Counted from the stretch's first letter, positions 49,614 to 60,994 are shown. The stretch is 64,000 bases of DNA from an uncultured Vibrio sp. (GCF_947488985.1 NZ_CANLBV010000008.1:13505-77504), one strand, 5' to 3'. The notes: generated by a model from the letters alone, not told the origin. A program made the numbers and translations.

Positions 49614-52112
49614 ATGTTGCCAACATTACACCACAAGGTTCTCCCATTGCTACAACTGCCCATAGAAGCTGTGATGCCAGATCTGCTCGCTGGCGTACAA
49701 ACACATACTCAACTTATTCTAAAGGCCGCGCCCGGTGCGGGTAAGTCAACATTCTTCCCTTTACAGTTAGTTAAGACCAACGCCGTTCAAGGCAAAATCA
49801 TCATACTTGAACCGAGGCGTTTGGCTGCAAGGAATATTGCCACTTACTTAGCGAGCCAATTGGGAGAAAAGGTGGGGGAGAGCATTGGCTTTAGAGTTCG
49901 CGGTGAATCTAAAACCAGCAGTGCAACTCGCTTAGAGATCGTCACCGAAGGGATCATGACGAGAATGATCCAAACCGACCCTGAATTGACCGGGGTTGAT
50001 ATGGTGATCTTTGATGAATTTCATGAGCGCAGCATTCACGCCGATACCGCATTGGCGTTTAGCTTGGAGATCCAAGAGGCATTGCGTGACGATCTAAAAG
50101 TGGTTGTGATGTCGGCAACCTTAGATCAACAAGCGCTGCAAACTTTGCTGCCGAATGCCAAATACGTTGAATCACAAGGTCGCACCTTTCCGGTCGATTT
50201 CCGTTATCAGCCTCTTAGCGCAAATGAATATCTAGCCCCTAAAATGGCCAATGTGATTCGATCTCTGGTGGAGAAAGAGTCAGGCTCACTTCTGGCTTTT
50301 TTGCCCGGCGTTTCTGCAATTAAGCAGGTGGAGTCGCAACTAGAACAACTTGCCAGTGATATCGATGTTTGCCCTCTGTACGGGCAACTCAGCTTTCCTC
50401 AACAGCAGAAAGCGATCGCGCCATCAGAGAAAGGGCGTCGAAAGGTGGTGTTAGCGACCAATATTGCTGAGACTTCTTTGACGATTGAAGGTATTCGATT
50501 GGTGGTGGATTCCGGGCTTGAACGTGTGGCGAAGTTCGATCTTAAAACCGGTATTACTAAGCTTGAGCAAGTGAAAATCTCGCAATCTTCTGCTGAACAA
50601 CGAGCAGGCCGTGCGGGACGAATTGAAGAGGGCTTGTGCGTTCGTTTGTACAGCGAAACGCAACTTATTCAGCAACCGGCTGTACCAGAACCTGAAATTC
50701 TTCATTCTGATTTGTCTTCGTTGGTGTCTGAATTGACACAATGGGGCGCTACGAGTGCCGATGAACTGCATTGGTTAGACGTTCCACCAAAAGCCTCTAT
50801 TGGACAAGCCAAGCAACTCTTACAGACTCTTGAATTGTTAGACGATAATGGTCAATTTACGGCATTAGGAAAACAGGCCCAACGTTTAGGTTTAGAGCCT
50901 CGTATTGCTAGCATGTTGGTTAAAGCGCAGCAAGGTAGTCCTGCTTTATTGAATGTCGCGATTGTTGCCGCTGCTTTGCTGGAAGAGCCGGAACGCAATG
51001 TGACGGATATTCAACACTCTTTGCACCGACTTAAGCAAAGAAAACATTCCAAAAATAGCGTTGTGATGCATCGAGCGAAAAGTCTCGCGAGCAAACTCAA
51101 TCATCACTTAGATTTGTCACAAGTTGACGAATCATTGCTACCATTAGTGCTTTGTTTTGCCTTTCCGGACCGAATTGCACAAGTGAGAAGCGCGACCAGC
51201 AGTGCTTTCCTTCTCGCGAATGGCCACGGCGCTGAGGTTCGTGATGATGATCCGTTGGCAAGCAATGACTATATCGTAGTGATTGATTTGATGCGCAGCA
51301 CAGGGCGAGCCAGTCAAATTTTCTTGGCCACTGCGGTTGATATTGCGCAGCTCGAATCTGAATTTCCAAAACTGTTTGTACGTTCCGATTACGCCGATTG
51401 GGATGAGAAACGTGGGCGTTTAGTTGCCGAGCAGCGAGTGTCTTTAGGGAAGCTGATTATTAGCACTAAGGCTTTAGCTGATCCCGATGTGAATCAGGCG
51501 AGCCAAGCGCTGCTCAATTATGTCGCTCGATGTGGACTGGATCGCTTAAATTGGACACCTTCGGCTAAGCAGTTGGTTGAGCGCGTGCGTTGTGCAGAAC
51601 TTTGGATGCCAGAGCATGATTGGCCTGCGATGGATGATGCGAGCCTAGTAGAGCATCTTGATAGCTGGCTATCGCCGTATTTGAATGGCATTAAATCTGC
51701 GAAAGGGCTGATGAACGTTTCGATTGAACAGGCTCTTTCGGCGTACCTTGGTTGGCCTTTAAATCAAGAGATTGACCAGTGGCTGCCCACGCATTACGTG
51801 ATGCCGACAGGCAGTAAAAAGGCGATCCGATACCAGTATCAATCTGAGCCCGTAATCTCGGTTCGAATGCAAGAGGTCTTTGGTGAACAAGACTCACCAT
51901 TGATAGCCCAAGGACGTAAAAAGGTTGTGCTTGAGTTGCTTTCTCCAGCACAACGTCCATTACAGATTACTCAGGATTTAGCCGGCTTTTGGGCGGGCAC
52001 GTACAAAGAAGTGCAAAAAGAGATGAAAGGCCGTTACCCCAAACACCCATGGCCAGATGATCCTGCCAACCATGTAGCAACCACTAAAACCAAACGACAG
52101 TTGAATCGATGA
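49614..52112 (+). CDS. hrpB: ATP-dependent RNA helicase HrpB
   Basis: APGAGKST, DEFHE, MSAT, ATNIAET, QRAGRAGR, C-terminal SPAQRPLQ. True start may be TTG49647. Confidence 0.96.
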   Translation: MLPTLHHKVLPLLQLPIEAVMPDLLAGVQTHTQLILKAAPGAGKSTFFPLQLVKTNAVQGKIIILEPRRLAARNIATYLASQLGEKVGESIGFRVRGESKTSSATRLEIVTEGIMTRMIQTDPELTGVDMVIFDEFHERSIHADTALAFSLEIQEALRDDLKVVVMSATLDQQALQTLLPNAKYVESQGRTFPVDFRYQPLSANEYLAPKMANVIRSLVEKESGSLLAFLPGVSAIKQVESQLEQLASDIDVCPLYGQLSFPQQQKAIAPSEKGRRKVVLATNIAETSLTIEGIRLVVDSGLERVAKFDLKTGITKLEQVKISQSSAEQRAGRAGRIEEGLCVRLYSETQLIQQPAVPEPEILHSDLSSLVSELTQWGATSADELHWLDVPPKASIGQAKQLLQTLELLDDNGQFTALGKQAQRLGLEPRIASMLVKAQQGSPALLNVAIVAAALLEEPERNVTDIQHSLHRLKQRKHSKNSVVMHRAKSLASKLNHHLDLSQVDESLLPLVLCFAFPDRIAQVRSATSSAFLLANGHGAEVRDDDPLASNDYIVVIDLMRSTGRASQIFLATAVDIAQLESEFPKLFVRSDYADWDEKRGRLVAEQRVSLGKLIISTKALADPDVNQASQALLNYVARCGLDRLNWTPSAKQLVERVRCAELWMPEHDWPAMDDASLVEHLDSWLSPYLNGIKSAKGLMNVSIEQALSAYLGWPLNQEIDQWLPTHYVMPTGSKKAIRYQYQSEPVISVRMQEVFGEQDSPLIAQGRKKVVLELLSPAQRPLQITQDLAGFWAGTYKEVQKEMKGRYPKHPWPDDPANHVATTKTKRQLNR

Positions 52113-54508
52113 TGACCAAAATGTTAACGCCCAAAAAGATTCCCACTAAAAAAGCGCCGGCAAAGAAGTCACCCGCGACTAAAGCTAAACCAAGAAAGCC
52201 GCGAGCCACTGCGAAAAAGACCAAACTCAAAGCCAAGAGAACAGGCTATAGAGGTTGGCTTAAGGTTGTGTGGGGGATTGCTTGGAAAGCGGGTTTAGCC
52301 TTGGCGGCATTGCTGTTGTTTGTCGGTATTTATCTCGATTCTGTGGTTAAACAGCGCTTTGAAGGCCAGTTGTTTGACTTACCAACCGTGGTTTATGCAC
52401 GGGTACTGAACTTGTCTCCGGGGACTCAGATCAGTTTGACACAGCTCAAGAATGAGCTCGATGTACTTAATTATCGGAAAGTGAGCGCTCCACGCCATCC
52501 GGGGGAGTACTCTTCTTCGTCGACCAAGATTGAAATGATCCGTCGCCCGTTTGAATTTGTTGATGGGCCGGAAGCCGATCGTCATGTGATGCTGCATTTC
52601 AATGGCAATGAATTAACTCGTATTCAGTCGTTAGAGAAAAAAGGCGACATGGGATACCTGCGCATCGAACCGAAAATGCTCGGCATGCTTGAAAAAAGTA
52701 ACGATGAGCAACGTCTATTCTTAAAACGCAACCAGTTCCCAGAGGTGATGGTGGATGCGTTATTGGCAACGGAAGATCGAGACTTCTATCAGCACGATGG
52801 GGTGTCACCACTGGCTATCGCTCGGGCGATGGTGGTCAACGTCAAGGCAGGGCGTACTGTACAAGGTGGTAGTACGCTGACTCAGCAGTTGGCAAAGAAC
52901 CTGTTTCTGTCCAGTGAACGCACGTTATGGCGTAAGGTTCGTGAGGCCTATATCGCGCTTATCTTGGATCATCGCTATAGCAAAGACAGTATTTTAGAAG
53001 CTTACTTGAACGAGGTCTACTTAGGTCAAAATGGTGGTGAAGCGATTCACGGCTTTGGTTTGGCTTCGCGCATGTACTTCGGCCAACCGATTCAAGAACT
53101 GCGTATCGACCAATTAGCTTTGCTGGTGGGCATGGTCAAAGGCCCCTCGTATTACAACCCAGTTCGTTACCCAGAACGCGCCAAGACTCGACGCGATTTG
53201 GTTCTACGTTTGTTGATGCAGCAAGATATCTTAACGGTGAAGCAGTACGAAGAGGCGACTAGTCGTGATTTGGACATTCAAGACAACCCACGTATTGCCA
53301 GTCGTCAGCCTGCTTACTTTCAGCAGGTTAACATTGAGCTAAAGCAATATGTTGGCGAGCGATTTGAAGCGAAAAAAGGGATTCGAGTTTTTACCTCTCT
53401 GGATCCGGTTTCCCAAGATAAGTTAGAGAAGTCGATTGCACGCAAGGTGCCAGAGTTATCGAAAACAGCAGGCGATAAACTAGAGGCAGCTGCGATTGCG
53501 GTGGATAGGAATACCGGTGAAATCCGAGCGATGGTGGGGGGGAAACGAACGGGCTACGATGGTTTTAACCGCGCCTTGAATGCGAGCCGCCCTATTGGCT
53601 CTTTGGTTAAGCCTGCTGTTTACCTAGCGGCGTTAGAGCAACCTAAGAAGTACACATTGGCCTCCACCTTGATGGACACACCACTGAGCTTGAAGGGCAG
53701 TAAGGGCAGTGTCTGGAGCCCAAGGAACTTCGACCGTAAGTTCCGTGGTGAGGTGCCGATGTATGTGGCCTTGTCTAAGTCTTACAATGTCCCCACTGTT
53801 CGTTTGGGGATGCAATTAGGGATTGATAGCGTCTCCGATACAATTGGCAGGCTCGGCGTTAATAAAAATGAGATTCGCCCGGTACCGTCGATGTTTTTAG
53901 GCTCATTTTCACTGACCCCATTCCAAGTGGCGCAGATGTATCAAACCATCACTAACTCAGGCCGTATTGCGCCTTTGTCTTCGCTGCGTTCTGTGATCGA
54001 TAATGATGGCGAGGTGTTATATCAATCAATCCCTAGGGTTTCCCAGCGTGTTGATCAGCAAGCGGCTTGGCTAACGACCTACGCGATGAAGCGCGGGGTA
54101 TCAGAAGGGACAGGACGTTTCCTACAAGGTCAGTTTGCGTGGGCTGGGTTAGCTGGTAAAACGGGGACCAGTAACGATAGCCGAGACAGTTGGTTTGTTG
54201 GGGTGGATGGCCGTGAGGTGACAACGATTTGGCTTGGGCGAGATGATAATAAACCGACCAAGTTAACCGGCTCTAGCGGTGCGCTGCGTGTCTATGCTGA
54301 TTATTTGCAACAAAGAACACCTGAGCCGTTATTATTGCCTTGGCCGACTGGCGTTGTCACGGCAAGCTTTACTCGTACCCCACAAGGTGCATTGAATTTT
54401 GACTGTAATGGTAGCGTTAAACTGCCCGTTTGGGATGAGAACGGCGATATTAAAAAGGGCTGTGAAAGCCAGCCAAAACAGTGGCTAAAGAAGCTTTTTC
54501 AGTGGTAA
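52109..54508 (+). CDS. mrcB: Penicillin-binding protein 1B
   Basis: Basic N-tail, TM helix, UB2H domain, EDRDF and GGSTLTQQLAKN transglycosylase motifs, SLVK and KTG transpeptidase motifs. Confidence 0.97.
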   Translation: MMTKMLTPKKIPTKKAPAKKSPATKAKPRKPRATAKKTKLKAKRTGYRGWLKVVWGIAWKAGLALAALLLFVGIYLDSVVKQRFEGQLFDLPTVVYARVLNLSPGTQISLTQLKNELDVLNYRKVSAPRHPGEYSSSSTKIEMIRRPFEFVDGPEADRHVMLHFNGNELTRIQSLEKKGDMGYLRIEPKMLGMLEKSNDEQRLFLKRNQFPEVMVDALLATEDRDFYQHDGVSPLAIARAMVVNVKAGRTVQGGSTLTQQLAKNLFLSSERTLWRKVREAYIALILDHRYSKDSILEAYLNEVYLGQNGGEAIHGFGLASRMYFGQPIQELRIDQLALLVGMVKGPSYYNPVRYPERAKTRRDLVLRLLMQQDILTVKQYEEATSRDLDIQDNPRIASRQPAYFQQVNIELKQYVGERFEAKKGIRVFTSLDPVSQDKLEKSIARKVPELSKTAGDKLEAAAIAVDRNTGEIRAMVGGKRTGYDGFNRALNASRPIGSLVKPAVYLAALEQPKKYTLASTLMDTPLSLKGSKGSVWSPRNFDRKFRGEVPMYVALSKSYNVPTVRLGMQLGIDSVSDTIGRLGVNKNEIRPVPSMFLGSFSLTPFQVAQMYQTITNSGRIAPLSSLRSVIDNDGEVLYQSIPRVSQRVDQQAAWLTTYAMKRGVSEGTGRFLQGQFAWAGLAGKTGTSNDSRDSWFVGVDGREVTTIWLGRDDNKPTKLTGSSGALRVYADYLQQRTPEPLLLPWPTGVVTASFTRTPQGALNFDCNGSVKLPVWDENGDIKKGCESQPKQWLKKLFQW

Positions 54509-54545
54509 AATCGTAACATAAGACAATGATAAGGACAGTTAAATA

Positions 54546-56912
54546 ATGATTTCTCGTGGGTTAGCAAGCGGCTTAGCCATTGTCGGTACTGTGATCAGTG
54601 TTCAGCTGTTTGCATCCACTACCATCCCGGCAGAACAGTCTCAGCAGGTAGAACTGTCTCAACATGGAGAGCAACCCCAACAGGCTGAGCAGATTCATCA
54701 GAGGCCAACGGTAGCTGTTGTTCTTGCGGGAGGTGGGGCAAAAGGTGCAGCCCACATTGGGGTACTTAAAGCCCTCGAAGAGATGCGAATCCCGGTGGAT
54801 TACATTACCGGTACTAGCATGGGGTCGTATGTTGGCGGGTTGTATGCGACAGGGATGAGTGCAGACGAGATTGAAAGCTTTATCTACAGTGTTGAATGGA
54901 ATGACGGTTATCGCGACCGTATTTCGCGCACTGAGCGTCGAGTACGCGATAAAGAGTATGAAGATCGCTACACACTCAATCCAGAGTTAGGGATTGGACT
55001 CGGTGAGTTTCGTTCGCCTCGTGGCTTAGTACAGGGGCAAGGGATGCTGCGTATTTTGCGTGAAACCACGGGTAACGTAGCACGCCTTGACTCCTTTGAT
55101 GAGCTAGCTATTCCATACCGCTCAGTGGCCAGTGACATCGTTGAACTAGAGCCGGTCGTGATCGGTGATGGTTACTTGATCGATGCAATGATGGCAAGTA
55201 TGTCGGTGCCCGGTGCACTTCCTCCCTATGAAATTGATGGCCGATTATTAGTCGATGGTGGTGTTACCAACAACATGCCTGTCGATGTTGCTTATGAGAT
55301 GGGTGCAGATGTTGTTATTGCAGTTGATATAAGCAGTGATTACAAAGAGCTTGATGAGTTTACTAGCCTGTTTACGGTGGCTGACCAGCTTTCCAACTAC
55401 ATGGTACGTCGCAACACGAGAGAGCAAAAAAGCTACCTTCGTGAAGGCGATGTCTATATGCACCCAGAAGTGGGTGATATGCAAACCACCGAATTTGAAC
55501 GCATGCCTTCTGCCTTTGAAAAGGGCTATCAAATCGCGCATGAGAACGCCGATGATTTGGCAAAACTCTCAGTTTCTTCTAGTGAGTTTCAGCGTTATAT
55601 CGACAAAAAACAGAAGCGAAGAAGTGCTCTAAATTTTGGTCATGAGATTGAAGTTGACCGTGTCGAGGTCGCCAACAATTCGCATTACAACGATGAAGTT
55701 ATTGAAAATCGCCTGAGTATAGAGCAAGGTAAAATACTGACTTTTGATGAACTTGAAGAAAGTGTTGATAGGTTATACGTCTTGGACCACTTTGAACGTG
55801 TGACTTATCAGTATGACCAGCACGAAGATGAAAATGTCTTGAAGGTTGACGTTGAGGAGAAGCGCTGGGGTCCGAACTACCTAAATTTCCGTTTCTTCTT
55901 GGAAGATGACTTCGATACAAGCAGCCAATATGCAATCGGTGCTTCCATAAACTTTACCGATATCAATCGTCATGGAGCAGAGATCAAAACAAATGTGGAA
56001 ATGGGTACAGATAAGCTACTCGAAGCCGATTTCTACTCACCGTTGTCATCCAACTTAAACTGGTTCTCAACCTCATCACTAAAATACACCGATGAACAGC
56101 GTCACATGCCGATTGATTTTGATACTGGGGAAATTCCAGAGCCAAGTTTAGGGGCGATCAATGACTTTGCTCCTGTCTCTTATAAGCAATTTCAGGCAGA
56201 GTTTGCGGTTGGTTTTCACACGGAACTCTGGCGCTTGATTCGCTTGGGTGGCCGTTATACCAAAGGTCAGGCTGAGTTCTCGACCATAGGTTCTGCGGGT
56301 AAAGTCGATTTTGATCGCCTTGGCGCTTTCGTCAATTTTCGTGTTGACACGCTGGACAGTTTTTCATTGCCAACCAAAGGCTACTATCTCAACATTGAAT
56401 ACCTGTATTCACTGGATAGCGTAGACCCGAGTGGTGCGATTGATATCGAGAGGGTGAGTGATGATCAAGTGCAAGAGTTCTCATTTGAAGCGAGCGCTGC
56501 ACATAGCTTTGACCGCCATACCTTTGTCGGTAGGTTTGATTACGGTACCGTAGAAAATTCAACTGGGGAATTTCCGATTGAGCCTAAAGAGCTGGGTGGC
56601 TTTTTAAATCTGTCGGGTGTTTCACGTAACAGTATGATTGGCAACAACCTATTATTTAGTAGTGTCGTTTATCGTTACCGTTGGTTTGACAACGATTTTG
56701 GCATGTTTAAATCCCCGGTATATCTCGGTGCTTCATTGGAGTACGGCGGTGTATGGAATGACACGGATATTCGCTTTGATGATGCCCCATTGTATGTTGC
56801 GGGTTCGGTTTTTGCGGGAATAGATTCCCCACTTGGACCAATAATGTTTGCTTATGGACGAACCGAAGAGAACAACGATTCGGTTTATCTAATTCTCGGG
56901 ACTTCATTCTAG
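54546..56912 (+). CDS. Patatin-like phospholipase with POTRA and Omp85-like barrel (PlpD / type Vd-like)
   Basis: GGGAKG, GTSMG and DGG patatin motifs, a middle POTRA-like segment, amphipathic beta strands, SPLGP motif and terminal Phe (LGTSF). Confidence 0.85.
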   Translation: MISRGLASGLAIVGTVISVQLFASTTIPAEQSQQVELSQHGEQPQQAEQIHQRPTVAVVLAGGGAKGAAHIGVLKALEEMRIPVDYITGTSMGSYVGGLYATGMSADEIESFIYSVEWNDGYRDRISRTERRVRDKEYEDRYTLNPELGIGLGEFRSPRGLVQGQGMLRILRETTGNVARLDSFDELAIPYRSVASDIVELEPVVIGDGYLIDAMMASMSVPGALPPYEIDGRLLVDGGVTNNMPVDVAYEMGADVVIAVDISSDYKELDEFTSLFTVADQLSNYMVRRNTREQKSYLREGDVYMHPEVGDMQTTEFERMPSAFEKGYQIAHENADDLAKLSVSSSEFQRYIDKKQKRRSALNFGHEIEVDRVEVANNSHYNDEVIENRLSIEQGKILTFDELEESVDRLYVLDHFERVTYQYDQHEDENVLKVDVEEKRWGPNYLNFRFFLEDDFDTSSQYAIGASINFTDINRHGAEIKTNVEMGTDKLLEADFYSPLSSNLNWFSTSSLKYTDEQRHMPIDFDTGEIPEPSLGAINDFAPVSYKQFQAEFAVGFHTELWRLIRLGGRYTKGQAEFSTIGSAGKVDFDRLGAFVNFRVDTLDSFSLPTKGYYLNIEYLYSLDSVDPSGAIDIERVSDDQVQEFSFEASAAHSFDRHTFVGRFDYGTVENSTGEFPIEPKELGGFLNLSGVSRNSMIGNNLLFSSVVYRYRWFDNDFGMFKSPVYLGASLEYGGVWNDTDIRFDDAPLYVAGSVFAGIDSPLGPIMFAYGRTEENNDSVYLILGTSF

Positions 56913-57160
56913 ATAGCGGTGAAAATCTCATCATTTTTATCTTAACTTGCTATGTTGGTCAAAGTGGTGAGATTTTAATTTATCGTTAAATTTGCTATCT
57001 TACGTCCCACAGTTTGGTCTCTCTGACGCTATCCATTCTCTTTTATTGAATGACCTCAATTTAGTAAAATGATTGAACAGGCGAAGGAGTTGCCAAGTTT
57101 TCCAAGGATGTCCAATCCTATTCTAACTATAAGGATGGACCGCAATGAGAGGAAATAGTC

Positions 57161-59749
57161 GTGCTTGAAGCCTACCGTAAACACGTCGAAGAGCGTGCTG
57201 CCGAAGGAGTTGTTCCTAAACCACTAGATGCTGAGCAGGTAGCTGGCCTAGTTGAACTTCTTAAAAATCCACCTCAAGGTGAAGAAGAGATCATTCTTGA
57301 TCTATTAGAAAACCGCATTCCACCTGGTGTTGATGAAGCTGCTTATGTCAAAGCTGGCTTTCTTACGGCGATCACAAAAGGTGAAGTAGCATCTCCATTA
57401 GTAAGTAAAGCAAAAGCTGCAGAGTTGCTTGGTACTATGCAAGGTGGCTATAACATCGAACCTTTAGTATCTCTACTTGATGATGCTGAACTTGCTCCTA
57501 TCGCGGTTAAAGCCTTATCTCATACTCTACTGATGTTTGATGCGTTCTACGACGTAGAAGAGAAAGCAAAAGCCGGCAATGCTTCAGCGCAGCAAGTACT
57601 TCAGTCTTGGGCTGACGCTGAGTGGTTTACCGCGAAAGATAAAGTCGCGGAAAAAATTACCGTTAAAGTATTTAAAGTCACCGGTGAAACCAACACTGAT
57701 GACTTATCTCCAGCGCCTGATGCATGGTCTCGTCCTGATATCCCAGTACACGCAAAAGCGATGCTGAAAATGGAGCGTGACGGCATTACTCCAGATGAGC
57801 AGGGTAAAGTTGGTCCTATTACTCAAATTGAAGAGCTACAAAAAGAAGGTATTCCACTGGTTTATGTGGGTGACGTTGTCGGTACCGGTTCTTCACGTAA
57901 ATCTGCTACAAATTCAGTACTTTGGTTTATGGGTGAAGATATTCCATACGTACCAAACAAGCGTACTGGCGGTGTTTGTCTTGGTGGTAAAATTGCTCCA
58001 ATCTTCTACAACACCATGGAAGACTCGGGCGCACTACCGATTGAACTAGACGTACAGAACATGAACATGGGCGATGTTATCGATATCTTCCCATACGAAG
58101 GTGTTGTGCGCAAAAACAACGAAGTGATTGCTAGCTTTGAACTGGGTAAGGTATTACTTGATGAAGTGCGTGCTGGTGGTCGTATTCCACTGATCATCGG
58201 TCGTGGTCTAACAAGCCGCGCTCGTGATTCTCTTGGCTTAGAAGAGACCGATTTGTTTGCTAAACCAATCGATCCATCTGCATCTGATAAAGGCTACACG
58301 CTAGCTCAGAAGATGGTCGGTAAAGCCTGTGGTGTTGAAGGCGTTCGCGCTGGTCAATACTGTGAGCCTAAGATGACAACAGTAGGTTCTCAAGATACGA
58401 CGGGCCCAATGACGCGTGATGAGCTTAAAGACCTTGCATGTCTTGGCTTTTCTGCTGATTTAGTGATGCAGTCTTTCTGTCATACGTCGGCATACCCGAA
58501 ACCTGTTGATGTTAACACTCACCATACGCTACCTGATTTCATCATGAACCGTGCGGGTGTTTCACTGCGTCCGGGTGATGGTGTTATCCACTCATGGCTA
58601 AACCGCATGTTGCTTCCTGATACTGTTGGTACAGGTGGTGACTCGCATACTCGTTTCCCATTAGGTATTTCGTTCCCTGCGGGTTCAGGCCTAGTCGCAT
58701 TTGCGGCGGCAACGGGTGTTATGCCACTTGATATGCCTGAATCTATCTTGGTTCGTTTTAAAGGTGAAATGCAGCCAGGTATCACGCTACGTGACCTAGT
58801 ACACGCAATTCCTCTATACGGCATCAAGCAAGGTCTACTGACCGTAGAGAAAGCGGGTAAAATCAACGAATTCTCTGGTCGTGTACTTGAAATTGAAGGT
58901 GTTGAGCACCTATCTGTTGAGCAAGCATTCGAACTTTCTGATGCATCTGCTGAGCGTTCTGCTGCAGGTTGTACGGTTAAGCTTTCTGAAGAGTCTATTT
59001 CTGAGTACTTGAACTCGAACATCGTGATGCTTAAGTGGATGATCGCTGAAGGCTACGGTGATGTTCGTACTATCGAACGTCGTATTACAGCTATGGAAGA
59101 GTGGCTAGCGAACCCTGAGTTACTGTCTGCTGATTCAGACGCTGAATACGCTCACGTTATCGAGATAGACCTTGCTGACATCGATCAACCAATCCTATGT
59201 GCACCAAACGATCCAGATGATGCTCGTCTTCTTTCTGACGTTCAAGGTACTGAAATTCAAGAAGTGTTCATCGGTTCTTGTATGACGAACATCGGTCACT
59301 TCCGTGCTGCAGGTAAGATGCTTGAAGAGTTCAATGGCTCTCTAAACACTCGCCTATGGGTTGCTCCGCCAACTAAGATGGATAAAGATCAGCTGACAGA
59401 AGAAGGCTACTACGGCATCTTCGGCCGTGCTGGGGTTCGTATCGAAACTCCGGGTTGTTCACTGTGTATGGGTAACCAAGCACGTGTTGCAGATAAGTCG
59501 ACAGTAATGTCTACGTCTACTCGTAACTTCCCGAACCGATTGGGTACTGGTGCGAATGTTTACCTAGCTTCTGCTGAACTTTCTGCGGTTGGTGCGATTC
59601 TTGGTCGTATCCCAACGAAAGAAGAGTACCTTGAGTACGCAGAAAAGATTAATGCAACGGCTGCTGATACATACCGTTACCTGAACTTCCATAAAATGGG
59701 TCAGTACACGGAAAAAGCAGACACGGTTATTTTCCAAGAGCCTGCGTGA
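57161..59749 (+). CDS. acnB: Aconitate hydratase B
   Basis: GTG start [55 protein letters not shown]. Confidence 0.99.
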   Translation: MLEAYRKHVEERAAEGVVPKPLDAEQVAGLVELLKNPPQGEEEIILDLLENRIPPGVDEAAYVKAGFLTAITKGEVASPLVSKAKAAELLGTMQGGYNIEPLVSLLDDAELAPIAVKALSHTLLMFDAFYDVEEKAKAGNASAQQVLQSWADAEWFTAKDKVAEKITVKVFKVTGETNTDDLSPAPDAWSRPDIPVHAKAMLKMERDGITPDEQGKVGPITQIEELQKEGIPLVYVGDVVGTGSSRKSATNSVLWFMGEDIPYVPNKRTGGVCLGGKIAPIFYNTMEDSGALPIELDVQNMNMGDVIDIFPYEGVVRKNNEVIASFELGKVLLDEVRAGGRIPLIIGRGLTSRARDSLGLEETDLFAKPIDPSASDKGYTLAQKMVGKACGVEGVRAGQYCEPKMTTVGSQDTTGPMTRDELKDLACLGFSADLVMQSFCHTSAYPKPVDVNTHHTLPDFIMNRAGVSLRPGDGVIHSWLNRMLLPDTVGTGGDSHTRFPLGISFPAGSGLVAFAAATGVMPLDMPESILVRFKGEMQPGITLRDLVHAIPLYGIKQGLLTVEKAGKINEFSGRVLEIEGVEHLSVEQAFELSDASAERSAAGCTVKLSEESISEYLNSNIVMLKWMIAEGYGDVRTIERRITAMEEWLANPELLSADSDAEYAHVIEIDLADIDQPILCAPNDPDDARLLSDVQGTEIQEVFIGSCMTNIGHFRAAGKMLEEFNGSLNTRLWVAPPTKMDKDQLTEEGYYGIFGRAGVRIETPGCSLCMGNQARVADKSTVMSTSTRNFPNRLGTGANVYLASAELSAVGAILGRIPTKEEYLEYAEKINATAADTYRYLNFHKMGQYTEKADTVIFQEPA

Positions 59750-59770
59750 TATTCCAAGAGCCTGTGTAAT
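59732..59770 (+). repeat. Tandem duplication of the last 19 nt of acnB
   Basis: TTCCAAGAGCCTGCGTGAT (59732-59750) and TTCCAAGAGCCTGTGTAAT (59752-59770). Confidence 0.85.
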
Positions 59771-59788
59771 AAAAGTTTGATAGCAAAT

Positions 59789-59821
59789 AAAAACCGCTGA
59801 TTTTGAAGTCAGCGGTTTTTT
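59789..59821. terminator. Bidirectional terminator between acnB and the glycerate kinase gene
   Basis: AAAAACCGCTGA-ttttgaag-TCAGCGGTTTTT. Confidence 0.85.
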
Positions 59822-59848
59822 GTGGAGCGTGATGTTTTGTACCGAGCT

Positions 59849-60979
59849 TTATTTTAACTGATAAAGCGCGGCAATGTTACGTGAAGTTAGTTCTAGATTT
59901 GCCTGTGCTTGGGCGAGAGCCGTTGGTAAGTCAACCGCGGCATTGACAACCGAGAAGACAACATCAATACCGTGATCGTGCACGATAGCACAATCATCGG
60001 CCAAGCACCCCGCGATACCGATGACAGGTAAATTATACTGCTTTGCGGTACGTGCTACGCCAATTGGGGTTTTGCCATGAACCGTTTGGCTATCGATACG
60101 ACCTTCACCTGTAATAACCAAGTCTGCATCTTTAACGATCTCAGAGAGGTTGATTTCATCCATTACGATATCAATTCCAGGGCGAAGCTCTGCATTTAAT
60201 AAGCCGATAAGTGCGGCACCTAAACCACCTGCAGCGCCTGCGCCTGCGCAGTTTTTAATATCACTACCGACTTGGGTTTTAATGATTTCAGCGTAATGGG
60301 CTAGGTTACTATCTAATGTGTTGACCATCTCTGGTGTCGCCCCTTTTTGTGGACCAAAGATATGTGAAGCACCTTTAGGGCCGCAAAGAGGATTATCTAC
60401 GTCACAAGCGACTTCAAGACGAACATTACGTAATCGCACATCAAGACCTGATAAGTCGATAGTCGTTAGTCTTGCTAGCTCACCACCACCGTAGCCCAAC
60501 TCTTCACCATTGCTATCGAGTAATCTAGCACCGAGAGCTTGAGCCATACCGATGCCTCCATCATTCGTAGCACTGCCACCGATGCCAACAATAATGTGCT
60601 TTGCACCATTGTTAAGTGCTGCCTTAATCAGTTCACCAGTACCAAATGTGGTGGTGAGTAGAGGGTTACGTTTTTCAGGTTCAACTAAATGCAGACCTGA
60701 AGCGGCAGCCATTTCAATCACGACAGTATTACCGTCGCCAAGTAGGCCGTAAAAACCGGACACAGTTTCGCCCATTGGACCTGTTACATCGCATTTGATG
60801 ACGGAACCATTGGTTGCATCAACCATAGATTGAACCGTTCCTTCACCGCCATCTGCCATTGGCAGTTTGACATACTCTGCGTTGGAAAAGATTTGTTTGA
60901 ATCCGTTCTCAATCGCACACGCTACTTCCATTGCAGTCAAGCTTTCTTTATATGAATCAGGAGCAATAACAATTTTCAT
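59849..60979 (-). CDS. glxK: Glycerate kinase (GlxK/GarK family)
   Basis: MKIVIAPDSYKESL, PMADGGEGT, GGSATNDGG, GAAGGLG, TGEGRIDSQT. Confidence 0.93.
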   Translation of the reverse strand: MKIVIAPDSYKESLTAMEVACAIENGFKQIFSNAEYVKLPMADGGEGTVQSMVDATNGSVIKCDVTGPMGETVSGFYGLLGDGNTVVIEMAAASGLHLVEPEKRNPLLTTTFGTGELIKAALNNGAKHIIVGIGGSATNDGGIGMAQALGARLLDSNGEELGYGGGELARLTTIDLSGLDVRLRNVRLEVACDVDNPLCGPKGASHIFGPQKGATPEMVNTLDSNLAHYAEIIKTQVGSDIKNCAGAGAAGGLGAALIGLLNAELRPGIDIVMDEINLSEIVKDADLVITGEGRIDSQTVHGKTPIGVARTAKQYNLPVIGIAGCLADDCAIVHDHGIDVVFSVVNAAVDLPTALAQAQANLELTSRNIAALYQLK

Positions 60980-60994
60980 AATTAACCTTAATAA

